From Acidobacteriota bacterium (GTDB lineage: Bacteria; Acidobacteriota; UBA6911), in NCBI GenBank assembly GCA_963664705.1, contig OY761556.1, positions 6,400,001-6,464,000 of the forward strand: DNA of 64,000 nucleotides. Direction: 5' to 3'. Within the stretch, counting starts at the first letter, position 1. Each line of letters starts with the position of its first letter. The notes beneath the pieces were generated by a model. That model was given only the letters and a program-made list of their open reading frames with translations, had not been told where the DNA came from and ran no database searches. The translations under genes were made by a program, and so were the position numbers. This document shows positions 9,318-20,025 of the stretch, piece by piece.

Positions 9318-11848
9318 CGCAATCCCATCAGCCGATAGATTTCATCTACGCGAATGCTTTTGCGCACCACTTCGGCCAATCGGTCAAGCGCCGGCTCCAG
9401 GTTATAGGGAGCGCATATTTTTCCCAAAGGCGCAAGTCGCCGGCGCTTTCGTAACCGATCGATGAACCAGCGGCGAAACCCATCTGCATCGAAGATGCCG
9501 TGGAGATACGTTCCCCAGATGAGATCTGTTCCGCTACCGATAATCGCGCCATCAGGACGGACTACAACAGACGGAAGACTGTCTCCATTACTTAGGCCGT
9601 GATGAATCTCATAGCCATGTACGCTGTGCCCAGAGCAGTGTGTGGCAGCAGAGCGCACCAGCGTTTTTTCTGCAGCCATGGTCGTCGTAAGTTCCAACAG
9701 TCTCAGTCCCTGAGTCTCTTTGCGAGTTGATTCAATGCCGGCAGGATCGCTAATTCTTGTCCCCATCATCTGATATCCGCCGCAAATTCCTACAATTTCC
9801 ACAGTCTGCGCCTGTCGCAGTATTGCCTTATCTATGCCGCTTTGCCGCAGGCACGCCAGATCTTCGAGAACATTCTTGCTTCCAGGCAGAATAATGGCAT
9901 CCGGAGATCCAAGATCGCACGGAGACCGCACTACTCGAACGGTTACGTCCGGTTCATTTCGCAGAGCATCAAAATCGGTAAAGTTTGAAATATGCGGAAG
10001 ATCAATTAGGGCGATGTCGACACCTTCCGTCAGATCTCGTTCCTGAGCTGTCGACGTGCCTTTGAATGTTACGGAGTCCTCCTCAGGCAAACCGAGCTGA
10101 GAAATAAAGGGAACAACTCCATACACCATCTTCCCGGTATGACGTTCGGTATATTCGTGAGCCTCCCGAAGCAGGGATTCTCTGCCTCGAAAGCGATTCA
10201 CGACAAATCCTGCAACCAGAGCTCGTTCCCATTCCTCCAGCACTTCCATCGTACCTACAAATGATGCATATACGCCGCCGCGATCGATGTCGCCGACCAG
10301 GAGCACCGGTGCTTGGGCATAGCGCGCCATGCTCATGTTCACAATATCGTGGCTCTTGAGATTGACTTCCGCCGGGCTGCCCGCACCTTCCAGAACTATT
10401 GCATCATATTCTTCCGACAGACTGTCGTAGGCCTCCTGGGCGGCACGGAATGCCTCCGGTTTGAAACGGATATATTCTTCCACACTCATATGGTCCACAG
10501 GCTTGCCGCAGACAATCACCTGGCATCCAACATCGGAACTGGGCTTCAATAGAACCGGATTCATTTGGGCTTCAGGCTCGATATGGCAGGCCTGAGCCTG
10601 AACAACCTGCGCACGGCCCATTTCTCCTCCATCCTGCGTTACATAGGAGTTGAGCGACATGTTCTGCGATTTGAATGGAGCCACGCGGTATCCATCCTGC
10701 AGCAAAATCCGGCATAGGGCGGTGGTCAGGATGCTCTTACCGGCATTCGAACTTGTTCCTTGAAACATGACCGCCGGCCTTTTCGCCATTTTCCGTCTGG
10801 TCTTGCGACTTCCCAGGCACTCACACAGCCGCACATTTTCCGACTCGGTCCGGACCGCAATTCTGAAAAAGCGGTCATCCAGCCCCTTGAAATCACTGCA
10901 GGTCCGGATTGCAATGCCTTGATCCAATAGTTGCTGAGCAAGCGTGGAGGCATCCAGCCCCGGACGGTCAATGCGTATCAGCAGGAAATTTGCATGTCCC
11001 GGAAAGACTGTGAAGCCTCCCAAGGTTTTTATTCCCCGCATAAGGAGATCCCGCTGCCGGGTCACATACTCTCGCGTCCTGCGCAAATACTCGGAATCGT
11101 TTAGCGCGGCCACTCCTACTGCTTGCGCCAGGGAGTTCACCGACCATGGAGCCTGGACTTCACGAAGTCGGCCAATAACGGAGGCATCAGCGATCGCGCA
11201 TCCCAATCGAAGACCGGGAATGGCGAAGATTTTGGTCAGTGAAAGAAGAACAATAATATTGTTAGGACGATTCCGGGTTAGCCGGTCCATACCATCAACA
11301 AAATCAGCAAAAGCCTCATCGACAACAAAGATCGTGGAGGGATTGCGCTCAGCCAATCGCCGAATTGTTTCGGCATCACAGATCGTGCCTGTCGGATTGT
11401 TCGGTTGCCCTAAAAAAACAAGATCCTCGCCTTGCAGCACGGAACCAAGCTCTTCCACATCGAGTGCAAAATCATTGACCTCCGCGAGCGGAAAATGATC
11501 CACCTGCTTGCCCGATATCGTGCAGGCACGTACGTAATCGGTGTAGGAAGGGACAGGCACGACGCACCGCCTGCCGTACAAACGGGGAATCAAATAAAGA
11601 ATTTCGCTCGAACCATTCCCAATGATAATTTCATTCAATCCGGCGCCATAGCGCTTTGCCACAGCATCAAGAAGAATCAGGCACTCAGGATCAGGATAAT
11701 GCACCAGTGTGCTGATCTTGGAACTGATTAGAGGCCGCAACCATTCCGGTGGTCCCAAAGGATTCAAGTTAGCGGAAAAATCGAGTATTTCTTTTTCCGA
11801 CTTTCCTGTAGATTGAGCCAACAAGCGCAGATTCCCGCCGTGCATCAT
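9314..11848 (-). CDS. cbiP: Fused L-threonine-O-3-phosphate decarboxylase (CobD) and cobyric acid synthase (CbiP/CobQ)
   Basis: N-half [32 protein letters not shown]; C-half [39 protein letters not shown]. Start at MMHGG (11848) overlaps the cobS stop. Confidence 0.92.
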   Translation of the reverse strand: MMHGGNLRLLAQSTGKSEKEILDFSANLNPLGPPEWLRPLISSKISTLVHYPDPECLILLDAVAKRYGAGLNEIIIGNGSSEILYLIPRLYGRRCVVPVPSYTDYVRACTISGKQVDHFPLAEVNDFALDVEELGSVLQGEDLVFLGQPNNPTGTICDAETIRRLAERNPSTIFVVDEAFADFVDGMDRLTRNRPNNIIVLLSLTKIFAIPGLRLGCAIADASVIGRLREVQAPWSVNSLAQAVGVAALNDSEYLRRTREYVTRQRDLLMRGIKTLGGFTVFPGHANFLLIRIDRPGLDASTLAQQLLDQGIAIRTCSDFKGLDDRFFRIAVRTESENVRLCECLGSRKTRRKMAKRPAVMFQGTSSNAGKSILTTALCRILLQDGYRVAPFKSQNMSLNSYVTQDGGEMGRAQVVQAQACHIEPEAQMNPVLLKPSSDVGCQVIVCGKPVDHMSVEEYIRFKPEAFRAAQEAYDSLSEEYDAIVLEGAGSPAEVNLKSHDIVNMSMARYAQAPVLLVGDIDRGGVYASFVGTMEVLEEWERALVAGFVVNRFRGRESLLREAHEYTERHTGKMVYGVVPFISQLGLPEEDSVTFKGTSTAQERDLTEGVDIALIDLPHISNFTDFDALRNEPDVTVRVVRSPCDLGSPDAIILPGSKNVLEDLACLRQSGIDKAILRQAQTVEIVGICGGYQMMGTRISDPAGIESTRKETQGLRLLELTTTMAAEKTLVRSAATHCSGHSVHGYEIHHGLSNGDSLPSVVVRPDGAIIGSGTDLIWGTYLHGIFDADGFRRWFIDRLRKRRRLAPLGKICAPYNLEPALDRLAEVVRKSIRVDEIYRLMGLR

Positions 11849-12588
11849 GCTCTCCACCCCCAGGATGCACAAATCAACGCTGGCAGGATTTCGGTTATCT
11901 CGCAGACAGCTCCGAGCGTGTCTCCTGTAAATCCGCCTATTTTTTTGCGGCACCAAAGTGAAAAAACAATTGTCATCAGGAAAACTATTCCAGCAATCAC
12001 TAGTCCAGGAATATTCATTACAAACCATGCAGCGACTGACAGAATCGATAATGCAGCAATCAGAGCCGGCCAACCCGGCCGCCCAAACACTGTGACTAAT
12101 CCTCCTTGAGTGCGGGCATAGGGAACGGCCTTCATGCCAAGCACCAAGGCGCATCGTCCGGCCAAAGGCATCAACAGAACCGCGCGCCAATGCAATAGTC
12201 CGGGCACTGAGGCCAAAGCGGAAATTTTCAGCGCCAGTACGCAGACGATGGCAATAACACCCATCGGCCCCACATGGCTGTCTCTCATAATCTCCAGAAT
12301 TCGTTCTCTGGGTCTGGAACTTAAAAAACCGTCTGCGGTATCCGCCAGCCCATCCATGTGAAAACAACCCGACACAGCCAGCATCAGGATAACCATGACG
12401 ACGTTTGCCGGAAGCGGCGGGAATAATCGGCAAACTCCGCAATCCAGGACAGCCAGCACTCCCCCGAGAATCAAGCCTACGACAGGAAAGAAAAGAACGC
12501 TCTGCCGCAGTTCTTTCTCACCGACTTGAAAACGAGAAGAGACGGGGAAAATGGTCAAAAATTGAATGGCGGCAAGCAGAGGTTTCAT
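11845..12588 (-). CDS. cobS: Cobalamin 5'-phosphate synthase
   Basis: [25 protein letters not shown] and [10 protein letters not shown]. Confidence 0.95.
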   Translation of the reverse strand: MKPLLAAIQFLTIFPVSSRFQVGEKELRQSVLFFPVVGLILGGVLAVLDCGVCRLFPPLPANVVMVILMLAVSGCFHMDGLADTADGFLSSRPRERILEIMRDSHVGPMGVIAIVCVLALKISALASVPGLLHWRAVLLMPLAGRCALVLGMKAVPYARTQGGLVTVFGRPGWPALIAALSILSVAAWFVMNIPGLVIAGIVFLMTIVFSLWCRKKIGGFTGDTLGAVCEITEILPALICASWGWRA

Positions 12589-13649
12589 TTGTTCTCCTTC
12601 GAAACAGCAGCCTCTTCAAAGGAAGCTACTTCGGTGAGAACGTGCACTGCCGCTTCCACAATGTGCATGGCGAGCGCTGCGCCGGTTCCTTCGCCAAGAC
12701 GCAGGTTCAGATCAAGGAGCGGTTCTTTGTTTATATGCTGCAGAGCCCGGCGATGTCCTTGCTCAACGCTTCGATGGGCGGCAATGGCATATTCCATGCA
12801 ATTGGGCTGCAGGGTGTGCGCGATCAATGCCCCTGCGGTGGAAATCAAGCCATCTACCAAAACAGGTTTCTTCATGGAGGCAACTCCGAGAATTAGGCCC
12901 GCAATGCCGCCGATTTCGTAGCCTCCCACTTTTGAAAGCAGATCAATGGCATCGGAGGGATCTGGCCGATTTACCTGCAGAGCCTTTTCGATGATGGCTA
13001 CCTTATGTTTAAACTGCGCTTCGTCAATGCCGGTTCCATGCCCGGTAGCTTCGGCCACACTGCATCCGGTAATGGAGGCGATGATAGCGCTGCTGGACGT
13101 GGTATTGCCGATCCCCATATCTCCGGTTGCGTAGAGGTCGGTGCTTGAAGAAAGCTCGCGCGCCACAGCAATGCCGGCTTCGAGAGATTGTATTGCCTCT
13201 TCCCTGGACATCGCGGGCCCCTGCGCCATATTCCTGGTGCCGGCGCCAATCCGATGAGAAAGAATCTTGCCCGACGCCACGAGAGAGCGCAGGTCTCCTG
13301 CCACACCCATATCTACCACCACAACGCGTGCATTCGCCTGGCGCGCCAGCGCATTAATGCCTGCCCCCCCAGCTACAAAGTTTTGAACCATCTGCGTGGT
13401 AACTTCCTGCGGATATTTGCTGACGCCTTCGGTCGCTACCCCATGATCACCCGCCATTGTCACAATGGTCCGCCGCGAGACAGAAGGGTGTATAGAGCGC
13501 GTCATGCCCGCCAAATCCTCTGCAAGGTCCATAAGCCGGCCCAGCGCCCAGTATGGTATTGCCAGCTGTTCTAGTCGCGCATGGGCGGCCGCGCGCGTGG
13601 CAGAATCCTGTGGCTCAATTTGATCAAGAGTCGAAGAAAGAAGTTTCAT
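12585..13649 (-). CDS. cobT: Nicotinate-nucleotide:benzimidazole phosphoribosyltransferase
   Basis: AGDHGV, GDMGIGNTT and LRLGEGTGA. Confidence 0.95.
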   Translation of the reverse strand: MKLLSSTLDQIEPQDSATRAAAHARLEQLAIPYWALGRLMDLAEDLAGMTRSIHPSVSRRTIVTMAGDHGVATEGVSKYPQEVTTQMVQNFVAGGAGINALARQANARVVVVDMGVAGDLRSLVASGKILSHRIGAGTRNMAQGPAMSREEAIQSLEAGIAVARELSSSTDLYATGDMGIGNTTSSSAIIASITGCSVAEATGHGTGIDEAQFKHKVAIIEKALQVNRPDPSDAIDLLSKVGGYEIGGIAGLILGVASMKKPVLVDGLISTAGALIAHTLQPNCMEYAIAAHRSVEQGHRRALQHINKEPLLDLNLRLGEGTGAALAMHIVEAAVHVLTEVASFEEAAVSKENK

Positions 13650-13659
13650 TGCACAACTC

Positions 13660-14214
13660 CTATAAAGAATCTGTAAGCTGCTTGATTTCGATCGGCTGCC
13701 CGGACACCAGGAGAACTACGCGCATGCTCGCTTCAGCGATTATCTGATTGCATCTGCCGACGAGATCGCGATAAAGACGCGACAACGCGTTTTCAGGAAT
13801 GAGTCCCATCCCTATTTCGTTGGTTACAAAAATGACTGTACCCGGATGCGCTTTACATGCGGTCACGAGGCTATTGCACTCTTCGGCGATATCAGTTTCG
13901 GATATTCCCCTGCCGTTTTGTTCTGCCTGATACAAAAGGTTGTTAACCCAGAGCGTAAGGCAATCGACCAGGATTGTCGGAAACTCATGGTTATTATCAA
14001 TAACCTTTGCAGCATCCAGCGACTCCTCGATGGTATGCCATCGCTTCTGACACCGGGCATCCTGATGTTTCCGGATGCGCTCGCGCATCTCTTCATCAAT
14101 TGGCGGACATGTTGCCAGAAAGGCACGAGGTTCCGGCAGTGTCTCCGCCAACTTCTGGGCATAGGTGCTTTTGCCGCTTCGACCACCGCCGGTTATGAGA
14201 ATAATGTGTCCCAT
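13660..14214 (-). CDS. cobU: Adenosylcobinamide kinase / phosphate guanylyltransferase
   Basis: ITGGGRSGKS, RIRKHQ, LVDCLTLW and VTNEIGMG. Confidence 0.95.
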   Translation of the reverse strand: MGHIILITGGGRSGKSTYAQKLAETLPEPRAFLATCPPIDEEMRERIRKHQDARCQKRWHTIEESLDAAKVIDNNHEFPTILVDCLTLWVNNLLYQAEQNGRGISETDIAEECNSLVTACKAHPGTVIFVTNEIGMGLIPENALSRLYRDLVGRCNQIIAEASMRVVLLVSGQPIEIKQLTDSL

Positions 14215-14819
14215 GACGTTGTGTCCTCGCTGAAACATGAATGGTTGAGACCGGTCAAGACGCCTTTGCCGCCGAAGAGATCCAGAATGGTCAGCGATGC
14301 GTAGTCCACATTGAAAAGGACGTATTGCCGGGGATGAAGCCCGAGAAAATGACAGAGCAGTGCGCGGATAACGCCCGCGTGTGTAACGGCAAGAATCGTC
14401 TCTTCGGGACAGGAAACGAATGTGGATGCGGCCCGTTGAATGCGGATCAAAAAATCTTCAAGCCGCTCGCCACCGGGAAATGAAAATGCCGGACTAAAGT
14501 CCGCCCATTGATTTACGGTCTCCGGATCTGATTGCTGAATTTCGTCAAACGTTTTCCTCTCCCAAGAGCCGAAATCCACTTCTCTCAGGTCCGCATTAAT
14601 TTCGGTCGATATTCCCTGCAATGGCTGAATGGTTTCAAGGCAACGCTTAAGCGGGCTGCATAAGCAGCGACCCGGCCGATACCTTCTGATAAGAGAGATA
14701 AGAGATGCAGCTTGCCTGCGTCCATGTTCCGAGAGGCCTATATCAGTAGAACCGATGAATTGATGAAGATGCGCCGCTTCGTGTTCGGCATGCCGCAGAA
14801 GCAAGAGTTTCTTTTTCAT
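14193..14819 (-). CDS. cobC: Alpha-ribazole/adenosylcobalamin phosphatase (histidine phosphatase)
   Basis: LLRHA, SPLKRC, LREVDFGSWE and VTHAGVIR; cob operon context. Confidence 0.85.
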   Translation of the reverse strand: MKKKLLLLRHAEHEAAHLHQFIGSTDIGLSEHGRRQAASLISLIRRYRPGRCLCSPLKRCLETIQPLQGISTEINADLREVDFGSWERKTFDEIQQSDPETVNQWADFSPAFSFPGGERLEDFLIRIQRAASTFVSCPEETILAVTHAGVIRALLCHFLGLHPRQYVLFNVDYASLTILDLFGGKGVLTGLNHSCFSEDTTSWDTLFS

Positions 14820-14844
14820 TTCTTTATTCAAGGATGAAAACACG

Positions 14845-15573
14845 TCAATCCTGCGCGCGCCGGATAACAAATAAGGATAGGGTTACGAACATAACAGTAA
14901 GAATCACAAGGTAAATAAGAGCAACCCAAGGCATCGGCTGGCCTGCGGCCGCAGCCCGAATCACCTGGGATGCCGGCGTCAGTGGCAAGATCTTAATGAA
15001 CCACCGCAGCCAGGAAGGATAGGTGTCCACGGGGAAAAAAGTGCCGCAGAGAAAAGCCATAGGTGTAATAACAAAACTGGTCAGCATTCCTTGATCCGCA
15101 TGGGATCGAGCAAGCATTGCAGTACTGATCGCAAGAGCCGAAAAAACCGTTGTTGTCATAATGATCCCCAATAGCAGCACAGGAGATGGCGAGATAGGCA
15201 CGCGAAACAGAAGACCTATCAGGACAACGATAGACGCGGCAATAAATCCCCGTACAATTCCACTAACAATCTCCCCCACCACGTAAGCCCAATCGGCCAC
15301 CGGAGCCGTGCGAATCTCATCGAAGGTTTTCCAGTAGAAACGAGCAATATTGATCTCAGTTGAAAGGCCATAGCTGTTGATCATGGCGCTCATGGCGATG
15401 AGGCCGGGAAGAATAAAAAGGCTGTAATCAGTCCTTTCCGCCGAGCCCTTTCCGCCCCATCCAAAGGTGATGAAATAAAGCAGGGGCGATATGGTGAAGG
15501 AGAAGAAGTATCGCCAAAACTTCCGCTTAAGAATGATGAGTTCGCGCAACATGACTGCCAGCACCTGATGCAT
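14845..15573 (-). CDS. ABC-2 type exporter permease
   Basis: Six hydrophobic segments; FILPGL and PMAFLCGTFFP. Confidence 0.85.
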   Translation of the reverse strand: MHQVLAVMLRELIILKRKFWRYFFSFTISPLLYFITFGWGGKGSAERTDYSLFILPGLIAMSAMINSYGLSTEINIARFYWKTFDEIRTAPVADWAYVVGEIVSGIVRGFIAASIVVLIGLLFRVPISPSPVLLLGIIMTTTVFSALAISTAMLARSHADQGMLTSFVITPMAFLCGTFFPVDTYPSWLRWFIKILPLTPASQVIRAAAAGQPMPWVALIYLVILTVMFVTLSLFVIRRAQD

Positions 15574-16434
15574 GTGCGATATCTCCTTCCTGTTGGTTCG
15601 GATTGACACGACGTCCGGTAAGCTTAATGAAAATATCTTCCAGATTTGCGTGACGGATTGTCGCCCGCACATCATGTTTTGACAGGAATTCTGCGGCTGC
15701 ATCCCGGTTATCAAAGAACAGAGTCTTCGTTCCTGTTGAGTTCAAGTAATCAACGACCACTGTTCCCACGGATGCGATCAAGGTCTGCGGGCTTCCCTGG
15801 GCAATTACGTGTCCCCGATCAATGATGACCACGTGGTCAGCCAACATTTCTGCCTCTTCAATATAGTGAGTGGTGAGAACGATCGTGCATCCTTCAACTC
15901 GCAGACGCCGGATCAAGTCCAGACTCTACGGCGCGCATGCGCATCGAGGCCTACGGTCGGTTCATCCAGAAGCAGAACGCGGGGACGGTGCATCATGGCG
16001 CGGGCAATCGAGAGGCGCCTCTTCATCCCGCCAGAATAGGTCGACACTCTTCTGCCGGCTTGTTCGACAAGCTCGGAGAACTCCAGCATTTCTTTAATCC
16101 GGACGGTCAGGTCGCTTCGCTCCATGCCATAGAGCATGCCGTGAATCCGGAGGCTCTCTTCGCCTGTCAGCTCCGGATCAAAATTGAGTGTTTGATGTAC
16201 GACTCCAATCTGTTGCTTCACTTTCAACGGCTGGATGGCTACGTTGTGCCCGTCAACAGTAACCGAGCCCCTGGTTGGCTTTGTCAATGTTGACAGTATG
16301 CGAACGGTGGTTGTTTTGCCGGCTCCATTGGGGCCGAGCAAGCCGTGAACTTTGCCTGCGGAGAGATGCAGCGACAAATTATCCACCGCGATCAAACTTC
16401 CATATTGTTTGGTTAATCCGTCAAAATGAATCAT
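15527..16434 (-). pseudogene. ABC exporter ATP-binding protein (NodI/DrrA-like), frameshifted near 15918
   Basis: GPNGAGKTT, YSGGM and LDEPT lie in 15913-16434; TTHYIEEAE lies in 15527-15916. One extra G (TGGAC to TGGGAC) gives RRVWDLIRRL. Confidence 0.8.
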
Positions 16435-16470
16435 AGGATGTGCACGCTTTCTTCCTCTGCGGTCAGATTT

Positions 16471-17781
16471 TCATGTCCAGAGAACCCATCGGACTTCCCG
16501 AAGTATGGACTCAACAAGCCATGCGCCGCCCAGAGTCCCCAGCATTGATTTCGGCACAATATCGATTACTCGTCCTGAGGGGAACGCGACCTCGATCCCT
16601 CCGCATTTGTTACCGAATCGGGCTTGGAGTACTTCCTGACCGTCTGCAAACAGAATCTCCGGATCCGCCATGCGCCAGGGCTTTTGCCAGACATCCCCAC
16701 ATCCTATGCCTTCGAGCCACGTTTTGAGTTTTGCTGCCGCATCCGTAGAATAGAAATCAGGCGTTTCCACAGAAACAGGCAGCATTCCAAGATATTGGAA
16801 TAACCATTGAGCAAGAGGCAGCGCGAATGAAGGATCCGACTGTACCGCAAACGTTGTTCCTTTGAGAGCCTCCGTGTAACTCGAAGCTCGATCGATCATT
16901 CTCGAAACCTGACGCCTGCGATCCTGAATGTCGCTAATTGCAGGTGTTGGATCTGAGTGTACTGCATGAGCAACAGCGGTGATCCATTCCATCGTTGCGG
17001 AAAAGCCGACAGGAGCTCCTGAATTGCTTGCTGCTATCATGCCGCCATATTGGCGCTCCAGCCATGGCACCACACAATCGGCATATTCATCGTGTATGAC
17101 TGCATAGCAGGAGGCTTGCGGGATCCGCTGATATTCATCTGTGGCGCTTCCCGCTCCAATGGCACAGAGGACTTCAATCCCGCATAATTCAAGAAGACGC
17201 CGCAATTCTTCAATGCTTCCAGACCAGTATTGGTGGGCAATCGATAAGCCGACCAGCACGACAGTTTTAGGAATGTGCGGTTGAGGTTTCGGGGACAGGG
17301 CCTCAAGAATTGAAATCACCCCCTGCTGATAACCTGCGGCAAAAGGATGGGAGAGCATCGGCATCTCGATTGTCGCGCAGGGGGTGAAAGGCGCTGCTTC
17401 AGTGGCACATCTTTTGAGATCATCTCCTATGAGGGCAGCTCCTGGAGAGTTTATTACTGTAACCAAAGCGGCATTATGTTTCGCAACCAATGCAATTGCC
17501 TGGGTCAGTTTTTCTCTTCCTCCAAAAACATAGTCGTCTCCATCCAGATATGTTGTGGGGATACGCGATTGACTGAAGTAGAAACGTTCTGCGTAATTCA
17601 GTTGTTTGCCGGCATCAAGCCGGGGAAAAAAACGATCAGACATCGCACCGTGGAGCCCCCGGCATCCTGTGGGGCCATGGAGAATCACAGCGCCGTCCCG
17701 CACGCTCTCGCAGGCTAGCAGTGCGCCGCTGAATCCGTCAGGTATGCGTGAATTCCCGCCATGTTTAGGACAAATCATCAC
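16471..17781 (-). CDS. Nitrogenase component-1-like subunit (NifK/BchB-like)
   Basis: DGFSGA...ILHGPTGC, DYVFGGREKL, LIGDDL and PVGFSAT. Confidence 0.85.
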   Translation of the reverse strand: MMICPKHGGNSRIPDGFSGALLACESVRDGAVILHGPTGCRGLHGAMSDRFFPRLDAGKQLNYAERFYFSQSRIPTTYLDGDDYVFGGREKLTQAIALVAKHNAALVTVINSPGAALIGDDLKRCATEAAPFTPCATIEMPMLSHPFAAGYQQGVISILEALSPKPQPHIPKTVVLVGLSIAHQYWSGSIEELRRLLELCGIEVLCAIGAGSATDEYQRIPQASCYAVIHDEYADCVVPWLERQYGGMIAASNSGAPVGFSATMEWITAVAHAVHSDPTPAISDIQDRRRQVSRMIDRASSYTEALKGTTFAVQSDPSFALPLAQWLFQYLGMLPVSVETPDFYSTDAAAKLKTWLEGIGCGDVWQKPWRMADPEILFADGQEVLQARFGNKCGGIEVAFPSGRVIDIVPKSMLGTLGGAWLVESILREVRWVLWT

Positions 17782-19972
17782 GCCACCCTTCCTTCTCCGG
17801 CAGTTGCATCAGTCGCCCCCAGCGTTCCGCCCTGGTCAGACCACTGAAAAAACCCACATCCGGCACCAGCGGAATTGCATCGATCCGCACGCTCGCCGGA
17901 CGGTCCTCCCAGAATCCATTTGTCAACATCAGGTCCGGTGCAAGGGTGTGAACCTCTTCATCCCGTTTTTGTTGTGTATAGGAAAGCTCTATCGGGAAGT
18001 GCCCTTCGTAGCGGGTGGCGAACGCATCGTCCCATACGGAATTGAGCACGCCTAACTTGACGATTTCCATATCGAGATCGGCAATCAGGCTGAGAAGCCA
18101 ATCGATTTGGTAATTAGGCGTGACCACAAACACTCGCTTTCCTGCAAGGGAAGGTCGAAGAGCTGAGAGTGCAGTCTCATACAGCTTTCGATTATGCTCG
18201 ATGATAGCGTCGGCATCGTTTTGTTTTTCAAAAACATCGGCAATGCGCTTTAGCCAATCTGCTGTGGCCTCAAACCCAACGGGGAACGGATCATCGAGGA
18301 AGCTCGCCTGATAACGGTCAATTAGAAAATCCCGGATGGATCTGCCGCATCGGTCCGCGGAGGCAAGCAAATTCAAGCGGCCGCGCTTAAATTGTTTTAG
18401 TTGAATACCGGTGCAATTACGCAGGAAACGGCAGTTGATGCCGAGCCCAAGTTCATGAAGCAGGTCTCTCACAGTATTAAAATTTGCATCAGTATTGCCG
18501 GCGAGGTTTTTTTCTCCGACGATGTTTACAGCATCCGGATCGAAAGGCATTTCGGGATCGATAAAATGGTCTGCGACAGCCATCATGGCATTGATAATGC
18601 CCTGCATATAATCACCGGCGATGTCCCCGTCTGTTTGAATCGGAATAACCGGAATCTCTGTCCGCATGCGCGCGCGTGCAGCTTCTACGGATTTTGTGAT
18701 GTCATCGCCGATTATTCCGGATGCGCAAGTAGTAACAACAAAGAGCGCCTCGGGATTTGATCCCAGGGAATTCAAAATCCCCTTCTCCAGGCTCTCACCG
18801 CCTCCGAAGATAGAGATGGTTTCATCCATCTCAGAGCTTTGGATGGACGCCAGGCTCGAAACCTCAAAAGAATTTCCATTTCGGCGTTCGACGCGAAGGG
18901 CAGATGATGCCATCCCAATGTACGAAATATGGGCACAGCTGCGCGGTCCATGCGCGAGAATTGCAGTGTTTCCAATTTGCATTAATGTGTGGATAGCGCC
19001 ATTGAAGGCGCATCCGTGCAAAGCTTCATGGGCACGAACACTTTTTGAGTGATATTGCTTTGGCGGCAACGGTGCAGGAATCGGAAGGGCCGCTTCATGC
19101 CTGGCGGATGCGGGAATCCGGCTCTCGTGCAGAGCTGATTCGGAGATCGTCCCTGCTGTTACCATTTCATTCCCCAGGATTATCGCTTCCAGGTTATCAG
19201 GCGAAAGGGGCTGCGCAGCGTAGGGCGGGGGGAACTGCAGAATCTCCTTGGCAAGATCACGGAAGCAAACAGCCAAAAAGCTGTCAGGAAAAGCCTCCGT
19301 GAGGGATTGTCCCAGGCGTTCGGCTTCAGTGATTTCCGGACTTCTGGGAAAGGAGGCAATGACGGGCAGTCGAACGGCATCGGCAAAGCGTTGAATACGA
19401 TCCTTTTCGTGTGGCAGACCGCGTTCATTGAAAATCAGTCCTGCCATTCGAGCGCCATTCTTCTCATAATTCCGGACGCCGCGGAGAATGTTGTTGGCGG
19501 CATACAAAGACATGAACTCGCCCGAAGTCACAACGTAGACAATGTCGGCGTACTTGTCCCGCAGCGGCATCGCAAAACCGCCACAAACCACATCGCCCAG
19601 AATGTCGTAGATTGCGACATCAAAATCGCACCCGGCAATATTGAGAGACTGCATCAACTCGAACGCAGTGAGGATGCCACGGCCGGCACAACCAACTCCC
19701 GGCTCAGGGCCGCCGGCTTCCACGCAAGCCACACCCGCAAATCCCGAGTGCAGAATGGCGTTCAACCCTCTTTCCTCCGGTTTTGTTTTTCTGATGTACT
19801 CAAGAACCGGAAGCGCTTTCCGTCCCTGCAAAAGAAGTCGGGTTGAATCCTGCTTCGGGTCACAGCCTACTTGTAGAATTCGCATTCCCGACATAGCCAT
19901 TGCCGCCGAGAGATTCGCCGCAATGGTTGATTTGCCTATGCCGCCTTTTCCATAAATAGCAATCTGTTTCAC
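17765..19972 (-). CDS. Fusion of a NifH-like Fe-protein and a nitrogenase component-1-like (NifD/CfbD/BchN-like) domain
   Basis: YGKGGIGKST, GCDPK, GGPEPGVGCAGRG, LGDVVCGGFAMP; after a Pro/Ala-rich linker, GCAFNGA, HGPRSC and TTCASGIIGDDI. Confidence 0.9.
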   Translation of the reverse strand: MKQIAIYGKGGIGKSTIAANLSAAMAMSGMRILQVGCDPKQDSTRLLLQGRKALPVLEYIRKTKPEERGLNAILHSGFAGVACVEAGGPEPGVGCAGRGILTAFELMQSLNIAGCDFDVAIYDILGDVVCGGFAMPLRDKYADIVYVVTSGEFMSLYAANNILRGVRNYEKNGARMAGLIFNERGLPHEKDRIQRFADAVRLPVIASFPRSPEITEAERLGQSLTEAFPDSFLAVCFRDLAKEILQFPPPYAAQPLSPDNLEAIILGNEMVTAGTISESALHESRIPASARHEAALPIPAPLPPKQYHSKSVRAHEALHGCAFNGAIHTLMQIGNTAILAHGPRSCAHISYIGMASSALRVERRNGNSFEVSSLASIQSSEMDETISIFGGGESLEKGILNSLGSNPEALFVVTTCASGIIGDDITKSVEAARARMRTEIPVIPIQTDGDIAGDYMQGIINAMMAVADHFIDPEMPFDPDAVNIVGEKNLAGNTDANFNTVRDLLHELGLGINCRFLRNCTGIQLKQFKRGRLNLLASADRCGRSIRDFLIDRYQASFLDDPFPVGFEATADWLKRIADVFEKQNDADAIIEHNRKLYETALSALRPSLAGKRVFVVTPNYQIDWLLSLIADLDMEIVKLGVLNSVWDDAFATRYEGHFPIELSYTQQKRDEEVHTLAPDLMLTNGFWEDRPASVRIDAIPLVPDVGFFSGLTRAERWGRLMQLPEKEGWRDDLS

Positions 19973-20025
19973 TGTGCCTCTTACCTTCTTTTTTGTCTGT
20001 TTGCTCCAATCGGTCTCATAGAAAG

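Noticed and set aside
11849-12442. First 198 aa of the 1042-aa ORF
   Set aside because: It overlaps cobS in another frame; the CobD domain starts at MMHGG (11848).
15913-15922. Programmed ribosomal frameshift in the ABC ATPase
   Set aside because: No slippery heptamer is present; a single-base deletion explains it more simply.
16471-19972. True nitrogen fixation genes (nifHDK)
   Set aside because: The H-D architecture is fused, the subunits are short, P-cluster Cys sets are incomplete, no FeMo-co ligand motif is recognisable, no nifB/E/N is present, and control is by a B12 riboswitch.
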